A DNA stretch of 64,000 nt from Chrysomallon squamiferum. Lineage: Eukaryota; Animalia; Mollusca. Below the pieces are notes generated by a model. It did not search any database. It saw only the letters and a program-made list of their open reading frames with translations, and was not told where the DNA came from. Shown here piece by piece: positions 25,972 to 37,195 of this stretch. The stretch's first letter is position 1, and each line of letters opens with the position of its first letter. Both the position numbers and the translations under genes were made by a program. The stretch spans positions 3,224,001 through 3,288,000 of the forward strand of contig CM022673.1 in the NCBI GenBank assembly GCA_012295275.1. Reading direction: 5' to 3'.

Positions 25972-25988
25972 TTTATTCGTGGTTTATT
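25972..25988 (-). terminator. Tandem polyadenylation signals of the prohormone gene
   Basis: Two AATAAA on the minus strand (25983-25988, 25972-25977) about 300 nt after the stop, followed by a T/GT-rich tract (ctctttgtgtttttatgt). Confidence 0.6.
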
Positions 25989-26283
25989 GCCAAATTATAA
26001 AGACAAACATAATTATGTCTATCAGCTTAGATTAAAAAAATTAACAGTTTTTCTGTAACTTAGCAATTTGTTTGGTATTTAACATTTATGGAGCGTCTTT
26101 AGAACTTGATTAAGACTGCTATGTTCTCGTTAATATTTCGCAAACTGTCAACATAAATCCATTGGCTAATTGAAAATATTGTCCTGTATTGTTAGTAGAC
26201 ATTCTGTTTCTTTGTTAGGTAATATTCATGTTCTGTAGCTGCTGGTAAAGACATAACAGTTAGCTGTTTGGTTGGTCGTAGTT

Positions 26284-27177
26284 TCAGTGTTTAGATGGCT
26301 GCCGCTTTGTGCCACTGAATGTAGTGCTCCAATCCTGAAGACCGTCAGTAAAATATTTTCTGTAGCTGCCGAAGTTAGGAGAGAAGCTTCGCAGTTGTCG
26401 TTTAGAAATGCCGTTAGCTAAGTTGTCCCATTTCATATATCTGGCGTAGTCGTCGAGGTAGCTACCAAGGTCGTAATTGGACTCTCCGAATCCGCGTTTC
26501 GTCAGCCAGTCACGCCAGGACTGTAATTTTGGTGCCTCAGGAACGCCAAAACCTTGACTGGAGCCGAAATCTCTTTTCACGAGCCATTCCTGCCATTTCT
26601 GTAGATTTGGATTTTTTCCTTGGCCGAAACCCAGCTGTGCTGAACTGAAAGAGCGCTTGCTTCTCTTCAAGGGAGACTCTTGGTTGTATTCGAAGTTTCG
26701 TTTACTCCACCAATCATTCCATTTCTGGAGGGTTTCTGGATCAGTTTTGCCGAAAGCTTGGCTGCCAAAAGCAGTTCCACGTTTCAGCAGCCATTTCTGA
26801 TAATGATCAGAGATGCCTTTTCCGAAACCATTGGTACTGTCCGGGCCAAATCCTCTCTTTGACATCCAAGCGTTCCAGCTTTGAAGATCATCTGGACTTT
26901 GTTCTCCGAAAGATTTTCCGTTGGAGTCGAAGCTTCCTCGCTTGGCCAAAAACTCGTGCCATTTTTGAAGAGTTTCCGGATCGTCTTTGCCAAATGATTT
27001 GTTATGTCCGAATGAACGCTTGCTGTACCAGTCGTACCATTTCTGAAAGGAATCGTGTCCCCCGTCGTGTCCGAAAGATTTATCAGAATGTGAAGATTTC
27101 AGGGAGTCGGCGTACGCTGCCGTCACAGCCACTGCCACTATGAGGCTGACGGAAATTATTTCGTGAAGTTTGTCCAT
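26284..27177 (-). CDS. Uncharacterised multi-copy neuropeptide/peptide-hormone precursor (297 aa), single coding exon
   Basis: Acceptor tgttttccag at 27192/27191, ATG at 27177. Hydrophobic signal peptide (IISVSLIVAVAVTAAYA|D), 11 KR dibasic sites, repeated FG...LQxWxxW peptides, TGA at 26284-26286. The first 17 aa of the 314-aa ORF-track protein are intron or UTR. Confidence 0.9.
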   Translation of the reverse strand: MDKLHEIISVSLIVAVAVTAAYADSLKSSHSDKSFGHDGGHDSFQKWYDWYSKRSFGHNKSFGKDDPETLQKWHEFLAKRGSFDSNGKSFGEQSPDDLQSWNAWMSKRGFGPDSTNGFGKGISDHYQKWLLKRGTAFGSQAFGKTDPETLQKWNDWWSKRNFEYNQESPLKRSKRSFSSAQLGFGQGKNPNLQKWQEWLVKRDFGSSQGFGVPEAPKLQSWRDWLTKRGFGESNYDLGSYLDDYARYMKWDNLANGISKRQLRSFSPNFGSYRKYFTDGLQDWSTTFSGTKRQPSKH

Positions 27178-28221
27178 TGCTAGTAGCGTTCCTGGAAAAC
27201 ACAAAATACAAAATAAATAAATAAACAAATAAAAATAAATAAAAGTTTAATAGCAGTAGTAGTAACCGTGTGTAGATGTACTAGTATTAGTATTAGTAGT
27301 AGCAGTAGTAGCAATAATAATAAAACATATAATGAAGACAATTATGATAATAATAATAATGATGATGTTGATTATAACGATAATATTTGCAAATACAACA
27401 ATAGCATCATTTAAATAAAAATATTCATATAATCAATAACAAAAAGTTATTTACTTCAATTTGGATTAATTTGTTGCAGCTCTGACATATTAAAATAACA
27501 TAAACCGCAGAGGCAGGACTAAAACCTCATTTTTCAGAAAACAAAGAGGATTTATTTTTCGTCATGCTGACTTTTTATACATCATGGCGAAAAGTCATAT
27601 AATATCAAAGCATTAGTATGTAAATATTGTTGACAGATACAATGCTTAGAAACATATTCAGTATCTGCCAGTCATAAAAAAGGGTGACACAAACACAATT
27701 ATAATTAAGAAAATGTTTTTCATCTAAATCCTTCTATGCTGTGAAATGACTAGCTGGAAATCTTCACCTACAAATAGTTATGGCGTTCAACGTCATAACG
27801 TCTGACCGAAATGAAACAACCACCTGCTTTTAACTGAAGCAACCATCTACTTTCAAGATGGACAGCAAACACATTACAGGTGTTGTTAACAAAATTCTGT
27901 GTTATTATTAGCATGTTTTAAGTCCTTGTAAGATTAAATCTTTGAAGAGTCAGGAACTTAGGTGATTAAATATTTATGAAGCAGAGGTAAAATGACTCAT
28001 TGGAATAAACGTCCGACATAAATTGCTATCGACACAATTCGAATCAGGCTGGATAAAATATTACCAAATGTATGTCGCCGATTCTTAATATTTCGTTAAC
28101 ATTTTTTTTTTTTTTACCTCTTGTCACTGAACAGTCGATCTATTTGCGGTATTTGAAATTCCTTATATTGATCACATATTCCAATTATTATACAGTAATC
28201 TATAATTTACTATTTATGTTA

Positions 28222-28225
<4 letters not shown>

Positions 28226-28305
<80 letters not shown>
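28226..28305. repeat. (CT)n microsatellite
   Basis: Seen directly. Confidence 0.95.
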
Positions 28306-28310
<5 letters not shown>

Positions 28311-28988
28311 GTGACTCCGTGTGTTTTCCTCGTATTATCTCTGTCCACTTTTACCAAATAATAATGAGAATTAGGACCTCTCTCATATTTATATTTCTGT
28401 GTCGGAATCTTAAACTAAGAATGTTATTCGTCAATTGAATTAGCACAGTGCTGGTCTTACTTTGTTGTTGCTGACATGCTTGAGAAATGAAAGGTCTGGC
28501 CACGGGTAATCACTTTACTAAACCTCTGCTGAATTGTAACAAGTAGCCGTTACTCCCTAAACACCCCAAACAGAACTAATAGACAAGAAATGAATAGCAA
28601 GACTTTCATATTCCTTTGACAAAACAATAATTCGTTCGTGTTGGCTGTCGAAGAAATGTAGTTATAATGTCTGTTGACTTTCAGAATTAGTCGAAAAGGT
28701 ACAAAACAGGGCGATGTTCTATGAATTACCGTGAAGTGCGACAAAGTGAATTATACTTCGTCGATTGGTTACATGTCTAAATGCATTTAGCTCACAGTGT
28801 TTGAATAAGCTATTATTTCTATCGATTTCTGTCGATTAAAAAGGAATTTCTGGTAATACGAGTTAGGAGAGGATAAAAGAGGCATTCCTCATGGCTAAAA
28901 AGATTGTCGAAAAGCAAAAATGTAATGAAAGAGCTTTTTAATTAACGACATTCAGGTGTAAATTCTATTAACAGACCTAACATAAAGT

Positions 28989-28991
<3 letters not shown>

Positions 28992-29079
<88 letters not shown>
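28992..29079. repeat. (CT)n microsatellite
   Basis: Seen directly. Confidence 0.95.
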
Positions 29080-29082
<3 letters not shown>

Positions 29083-30884
29083 ATCTGTTAAAATTGTTTC
29101 GTTCTTTGTTTCTTCTTTCCACCATTCTTTATTTCTCTCTCAGTCTTTCTTGCTTTGTCTATTTCAGACATGCATTATTTTTCTTTATTTATTCTGCTTG
29201 GAAATTTATTTTAGGAGCATTCGAAAGACTGATAAAAAAAAAATAATAATAGTAATAAAGAAAAATAAAACAAAAATTAAAAAATTAAACGAAAATAACA
29301 CCAACGCGCCAAAGTGACATTTTGAGATATTTTAGCGATAGTGAAAACATCTCTCTTTTTTGGAGGTGGTAACCACTTTTTAATACTTGGACAGCTGTCA
29401 CAACGTCGCCGAGAAGATAGAAAAAGATAATAACGATGCTGTTCATTTACATTTTGTCAAGAAAAAAAAGTTTAATTTGATTAAAAAAAGTGGTCGAATT
29501 TTTTTTTTTTTTTTTTTAAAGAAAATTGATTTATTGCAATATGTAGTTTTTTGGGGTGTTTTTTTGGGGGGGTATTTCACTCATACATTTTCTTTTAATT
29601 CTTTTTTCTTTTTCTTTTTTCTACAAGTAATTTGAATAATAATAATAATAACAATAATAATGATGATGATGATGATGATGACGACGACTATGATGCTGAT
29701 GATAATAATGATGATAAAAACTGATAGCAAAAAAATAACATCATCATATTTGAGACTGGTCAGTTTTGGATTCACGTTCCGTACAAATTTCTATCCATGA
29801 AAGATTATTTTTTTCTTATGAAAAAATACAGATCATTCTTCGTTTTATGTTTAACGAATCACACAAGTACTGATATAGCTTCATTTTTTAATATTACGGT
29901 TTACAGTTACATAAAATATACTGAAACACAATAGATTACAAAAAGAAAGAATAAAGAAAAACTCCGCAGGAATAAACAGATATAGCAAAACAATCAACAA
30001 AGACAAAACTGTCTCATGTGATTTATGGACGCCTAAACGTTCGGGAACAGACGGCCAAATAGCACAGTGATTAAAAAACCTCTGCTCAAAGGTATTTGTC
30101 GCCGTCTGGTGTTAGAACTGCTGCAATCCCGCAAGCTAATTACTGTGAATGCCTGAGCATATTATTATAAGGCTTCATTAGGGAAATAATGTTCATTTCA
30201 AAGCAAACGATGTTAATCAATTCCAACACTGTCTTGTTTTATATGTGTCACCTCATTAGAATGAATTCATTACGACTGTAATTTGCTCCAAGTCGTGTTT
30301 TTTTTTTTGGCAGACAAGTAATCGTAGAGTCTCCGAGAAATCTAAATTTGATAGACACATTTGCATACGTAATTGCCGTCCGGTATTTATTTTCTATTTA
30401 AAATATCTGAAATAGAATATAATTCGAATGCTTAAGACATTGACTGCTACGTACAGCATCGCCTGAACAGTTCTGAATCACGTCTGTGAAAAGAATGCTT
30501 CAAATGGTCTGTTTGAAATGCAGCTGAGAATATTCTAGTGACTGAAGTCTGAAATAAAGAATGCTTTGCATATCAGAAGTTTGCCTTCACGTAAGAATCA
30601 AGAGTCAGTGCATTTTTAAGAATATGCTAGGCACTCTCTGAATATCGCATAATTAGTCATCGAAATCTGGGTAGAGAACTGAAAATATGTGATAACGAAT
30701 GCACATCGCAGTCTTTGTGAAATGTGAATACTGCTGGCTCTCATATCTGCATAAAGAATATTATCTTTAATAGGAAACATTACTAGAATATATTTGGCTC
30801 GTAGCTCTACTCTTAAAGAATGTATAATATTTCCTACATTAGAAAATCTGTTTTAATACTCTTAGCGCTAAGATGGCTTTATGC

Positions 30885-31058
30885 CAGGCATGTCAAACTG
30901 AAAGTACTTGTGGGCCGCAAAATCTCTACATGTTTTTAAATGCGCCGGATCATTTTTGATTCTGCTATACATTTAATTTAAAACAGACTACACATACACA
31001 ATTACAGCTTAACGTCCTTGGAGGACCACTATCCAAACCTTCGAATTTGACACCCATG
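30885..31058. mobile_element. Non-autonomous hAT-type (Charlie/SPIN-like) MITE, 174 bp
   Basis: Imperfect TIRs CAGGCATGTCAAAC / ATTTGACACCCATG; 8-bp TSD CTTTATGC (30877-30884) / CCTTATGC (31059-31066) with central TA. Confidence 0.75.
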
Positions 31059-32287
31059 CCTTATGCTATATCTTCAGAAACAGGAATCGAATGCATTCAA
31101 CACAACAGTTACTGGTGAGAATGCTTCGCATGGACTGTGTTGTTAACATCACCAGGTTTCCCTTTGCGTTAAATGAAGAACACTTTTACAGCGAGTAATT
31201 AAACATCACTGTAGGTAACAATTCAGTTAATGCGATTTAATGCGTCTCATTATTTATTTAAAATCGTGTTAATGAGGCTCGTTATTTTCAGTAATGAGTG
31301 TTAATATTGCTATTAAGATCCTGGTGATATGTTATTTTGGAAAGACCACAATATAATTAACCTTGAAACAGCCCGTCATAGTGGCTGTTAAAGTATTCAC
31401 ACAGGAAAAGTCAAACCGCCATTCTTGGTTTTCTTAGCTTTAAGCTACTTTTAATAAACAGACAATTTGATTTTATTATAGAAAATTGTTTGCATTTGGA
31501 AGTCATTATTTTGGAAAATTATCGAAAATTGCTTCATATTAACCTGTTTACGGAAATCACTTTACATCTTATAGAACACAATGAACTGTGGATGTTCGAC
31601 AAACACAGTGTTTTGACTTTATTTGACAATTTTCTAAATTCAAGCAAATTCACTGATTAGCTTGAAAAGGTATGTATACAAAAGAAGTGCATTGACTTTC
31701 TGGAACATAAATCACGTTAAATAAATAATGAATCATAACAATGAAGAAAAAAAAAAACCAATAGTAAGTGAGAATACCTTGATCTTCTTTCAAATTTTAA
31801 CACATCGTTACAAATTTTTAATATTTTAGAATTAATATAGTTTCGGAGACTTGTACAATTGGGAAATAAAATAGGTAGTAGTAGTCCATTTGCAAACATA
31901 AATGAACGTATAATGGTAATTTGAACTGAATTAAATTCAAGATAGCGCAAGTCTAGATTCAGAGGAGATCACGCCATCAGGTTAAATGTAGATACGTCTT
32001 TAAATATTATATTCATATGCAGGATCAACTATTCAGACAGAGAGAAGAATATTTATTTTGAAATAATAATAATATTCACCATTAATCGAAGTTCTTGTCT
32101 ACGAAGCAGTTTGTTACTTGAAGAATAGGATATTGGACACGCCAAGACACCTAATAAATGCGGAAAAAATTATTATATTTATATAGGCATTTATACCACG
32201 TAATTTATTTCGCCTCGGGTTATCAGTCTTCTGTCCTTGTATTACTTATAAAGAAAAGAAGAATCAGGCTGCACACGTCTATACATT

Positions 32288-32376
32288 CATGGCCGTAGCT
32301 AGACTCGTTTTCGTCCATTTCAGTATGAGACATTTGCCTCATTTGCCTCATTTGCCTCAAGGTAGTTACTGCCATG
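32288..32376. mobile_element. Short TIR element (89 bp MITE)
   Basis: TIRs CATGGCCGTAGCTA / TAGTTACTGCCATG (12/14 match), flanked by the direct repeat ACATT on both sides; internal (CATTTGCCT)x3. Confidence 0.6.
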
Positions 32377-35300
32377 ACATTGCAGGAAGTGAATTGCTAA
32401 AAAGTACTTATCTTTTCCATTCTCACAAAGGTTAACAGAGAGGTATGTTAAAGGTATGTGCTGACTCAAGTAAAAAGTAATTAAAAAAAAAACACAGTTT
32501 TAGAACTAAAACTAGACTGTAGTGTTACAAAGTTAACAGTACACAGCTATATTCAAGGTATGTTCTGTAGTGAAGCAAAACTGAAAGAATGTTCATAGCT
32601 TATTAATAAAACACTGACTTATGATTTTTTTTCTCTGATTCTAAAGATAATCATGGTCCATTGTAGATACAGTAAGCATTTAAAGGCTTATTTCTTTTAA
32701 GGCGCTTTACATATAAATTTGAGTAAGAAAGTAGTTTTGTTAATAACTTACGTTGATGTGTTATGAATTTGGATTATAATAAAATGAAAATTAAATTAAT
32801 TACTCTTTGTCTTGTATTAGCTTACTGATAAACATAATGCTAATATTTCGTTTGAAGAGAAGCAGAGAGAAGCTTACGTCAGTTACTCATAATAACAGAC
32901 AACATGCCGTTAAAACTCATTACTCGTTTCTTCTTCTAATGATTCTCCTGTGAACCATAAAACGTACCGGAGATTAAGTTATAACAACAAATTTACTTCT
33001 AATATTAAATGTTTATCCAGCGTATGAGAGTCATTCTTCAAAGTACGTGAAGCCTTCTGAATTCTAATGAAACAAATATTCCGTTATTTACCTCCTTGAA
33101 AAGACAGTTCACAATTAACAAAGCTCATTATTAAAATCTACTAGCTATGATAATTTAATGTCTTCTTGTTAGTTACATACTAATAACATGCAAGTGCTCA
33201 CAAGTGCTAAACATAATGCTCTATCCTTTACGTAATCACCACGTTCATTCTAATGTTGGTCATAAGGTCTTGAGAATGTCACAATTAAAGGTTTCCTAAT
33301 ACAGAAGAATGCTAAAATGTCTTTAGGGAGGTCATCACCCAGACTTTTCTGTTAATAACTGAACTGTTGTAGACAAACTCTGTGTCTCTGCATATTTCAT
33401 TTTGTCACGATCTCGACTGTTAGGCAATAATAACGATTTATTCGTGAAATTTCTCTTTCGGTCACGCACCGTTCAGCGTTACGTATAACGTAATCAACCG
33501 TTACAGATGCGCAGAAGGGCTCTAAAATATTTTCCGACATGAAAGGAAATACAGAGATCACAAGTGGCAAAAGTACATTTCGTTGTTTGGGCCAGAAGAT
33601 GAAAAAGAAAATCCCCGTGTTAATCTGATTTTGAAAATAGAAAAAATAAACAAACCAATGTCTTTGATGAGGTTATACAAACGAAAGGTAATTTAATTCT
33701 GATGGAAAGAACGAATTCGTATTTGTTTAGTTACACTTCAGTTTCTTTTTAATATTAACGGCCATAACACTGACAACCCTCTTCAAAATTTTTAGTTTAT
33801 TACAATAATGATCTTATTATTCAGGCTGAAGCTAACATGATTTCTTAGCGTTCGATTTCTTGTGTCAGAAAATTAACTTCTTTCTCTTCCTACAGTTTTT
33901 TTTATTCCACAAACACTAAACAGAAATCTTAAAAAACTAGTGAACCAATAATAAAATTAGTCTGCAAAAACCCTTTTTAATTCAGCTATTACGTTAAACG
34001 AAAGTTAAAATTTTGTTTGATGAGATCTAAAAGATGTCCGCTGTTGTTATTCTGTTAGGTATTCAGCCAACAAGAAGTAATCTTCTGTGATATCCTTCGG
34101 TAAGACAAGATACATACCATCGCTTCAGTACACCACTGAGTACTTGCAGACTAACAGGAATGCACTGCCATTTGCATGCACACAAAGAGACGACATTAAC
34201 ACCGGAATACAATTTAATATTAACAATATCGGCATGTAGAAATTGCTAATACAAACCGGAAACATACAGTAGAGGTTTCTTATTCTCTTACGTCTAAATA
34301 AAATTGGATTTTAATCCTTTCAGTATTGACTGATTATCAGCATATTTAGATATGACTGAAGAAGCTAGTGTAGTCAGATGTGATGGTCCCTGGTTCGGTT
34401 CTCGGTAGATCCGTAACATTATTTCTCGTTCTAACCATTATTACAAACATGTCGTTTTATATTAAATATTAATGACAGGTATGTAGTGGAGGAAGGGGAG
34501 GTCCTGGTGCCCTCTCTCTCCGAGCTATTTGTTATATAAGATAACTTTGTGGGTCTTACGTAGATCAGTGACATACAGATATTTCTGAAAGAAAGAAAGA
34601 AGAAAAAGGTACTGAAATTGAGTTAAATATATAAAAAAAGTAATGCGGGACAGAGAGTGAGAGAAAGAGACAGACAGATAGATTGAGAGAGGGAGAGAGA
34701 CTGAAAGAGAGATATTCTTTACAACGTGTATTCAAATCTTTGTAAATTCCATGTACACAGTAGCTTTGAACGAGAACTAATGGTTTATGTTATAATTACA
34801 CAGACCCCAACCTGCATTAATTTATCACACAAATCTTAGGCGATCTTTAACCGCTGTTATATACATGGGAGATATTTATCTGTTAGTTAGCTGCTCATTT
34901 CTTTGAAGAACTCGGAAATCTCTTAAAGAACGTCAGCTGAATAAGCAGTTAAATAATATTAAAATATTTATGCAGTTTCGACTCGGAGGTCTTTCATTTT
35001 CGCTGGCAAATATGAAACCAACTCGCAGTTCATTTCTTGCCATCAGAGTCAGTTCACGAAGCCGATGTCGAGGGTTGAGATAAGGAAATGTCGATAGATT
35101 CTCTTTCTAGACACCCGTGAGACCTCAATCTCATCGATTATCGTGTTTGACGACAAATATTAATTAAGAAATTTTCGCAGCAGTGCCAGAAGGATTAGCA
35201 AATGTGATGTTTAACACTTTTAACTGCTGTGTCAACAAGACAGTCGTTAATCCCGTCTTCTGCTTCATTTAATTCACACCGACAGATTCATATATCAATA

Positions 35301-37048
35301 TACGTACTCACTATACGTTTAATTTAATTAATATCTGTACTCATACGTGTAATTAAATACATGCGTAACCTCGATTCATGACTAAAATAAAGAGGTGTTA
35401 CTGAAAAAAACATTAAAAACAGCTACTGAAAATGTAGAGTTCAGCATTGTTCTTTAGAAATATATGTCAGAACGGTAATATATTCTTGACTTTAATCAGC
35501 AAAACAAATAATTAGGAAGAGAAAACTAGTGACTGAGAATGTGTTGGTGAATGAAAGAATGAAAAAAGAAATGAAAAAAGAAATGAAAAAAGAGGGACGA
35601 AAAAGGTAATAAGCGATTTTCAGAATTTCATAACGACAGAATCGGAGGGGAAAAGGAGATTTAACACAGGATAAAATAAAATACATAATAGCATCTCTAT
35701 TACAGATTAGAAAAGCAGCAAATGGTTTAATTAGCAGCGTTAAGCATTTTTCCCCTTAACAGTTAACAACAGAAATTTGTTGTATAACATGTTTTTGTTT
35801 GTTTCTTAGAAAAGCGGTGTAGAAACCTGATCAGTGAGAATCGTAATCGTTAAAAGTGCCCAAGAAGCCCCACCCACCTAAAAGCAAAACAGTGTTTTTC
35901 CAGTTTATAACGAATACGATCAGAAACTGCCTTTTTTGTGAGCAATAAAATATTTCATTTTCACGTAGCAGTTAATAGCAGTAGCTCAAAAGAAAATCAC
36001 AACATTACGTTTCATCGAATAACCAGGCAACTTAAGAAAAAAAAAAAGTTATGCATTATTTCTTTCTTAATGTTATTGATGTTGCTGTTGTTACTACGAC
36101 TACTACTACTACTACTACTTCTTCTATCACTACCATTGCTTTCATTTCAGTTGATAATATTAACCTTACTGGGCCTCTGCAGTCTTGCTTGGCTCACGGC
36201 ACCGCTAAGTTTAAGTCTGACTGTTTAAACACACAGTCGAGTCTTCGCTTTGGATTTAATTGCACTGTTACATTCAAGACCAATTATTACGTCTGAGTGT
36301 GCTGCAACCAGCTTAATTCACACCAAGGTCATTTATTAATCGCATTTTTCAAAGGCTCTTGTTACTCAAGAACATTTTTCATTTCTGTTTTTATAACGAA
36401 AACGTATTTTAGATAATGCATTCTTCCTTTGATCTGTACCGAACAGAGAATTAAGGTAATGAAAAATAGCGAAATATCTTTGACATTAGGTTTAAAAGAT
36501 TTAACTTTTGATTAGAAAAAACAACAACAAAAAAACAAAAACGAACACCAAATGACGTAAATTAAATGCGTGGGTGTGTATCTGAGTCGTGTGCGTGCTC
36601 ACGGGAATCGAAAGCGTGTGTATCGAAAACGTTCGCGTGTCCGCGTGTTTGTCTGTGCAAAAATTATACACCGATATCTGAGAATCCAGAACGACGACAG
36701 AATGATTAAAAGACGGAGTACATTCTGATAAGAAATGTCATTTCTTGTGTAAATTTATACAGGAGTAGCTTGTATCTTTTGCGAAGTAAGACGTGCGGAG
36801 ATAATTAATTTTTGTTCAATTTGGAACACAATATCAGCGCATTTTACTACCAGAACGAAACAGAAAAAAGCAATTTTACATCCTACGAAAACTGCGATCA
36901 CCAGTGAAACCTTGTAGATGTCGTGCACGAACGTCATCAACAGAACGTTTTCAAGATAAATCAAAACAAACGCGAAATGATGTCACTTACGGAACGTTGT
37001 AAATATATCGAAATAGCTTTCTCACTAGAAGATTGTAAATGCAACTAG

Positions 37049-37195
37049 ATAACATTAGCAATGGAATGTTGTAGATATAACGAGATAACATCATCTATGG
37101 AATATTGTAGATATAGCGAGATAACATCATCTATGGAGTATTGTAGATATAGCGAGAAAACATCAATGGAATACTGTAGATATAGCGAGATAACA
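37049..37195. repeat. 36-bp minisatellite, about 4 copies
   Basis: Unit ATAACATCATCTATGGAATATTGTAGATATAGCGAG repeated head to tail with few changes. Confidence 0.85.

Noticed and set aside
26284-27177. Precursor as MIP/allatostatin-B/WWamide
   Set aside because: That family needs W(x)6-8W-amide with Gly before KR; here the spacing is WxxW and no peptide ends in Gly.
27178-27228. N-terminal MFIYLFCILCFPGTLLA of the 314-aa ORF as part of the signal peptide
   Set aside because: It spans the polypyrimidine tract and acceptor (tgttttccag at 27192). The ATG at 27177 already gives a good signal peptide.
34360-34440. tRNA gene (GGTTCG B-box-like sequence)
   Set aside because: No cloverleaf can be formed; at most a decayed SINE head.
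37049-37195. 36-bp repeats as a CRISPR array
   Set aside because: Units are contiguous with no unique spacers, there are no cas genes, and the context is eukaryotic.
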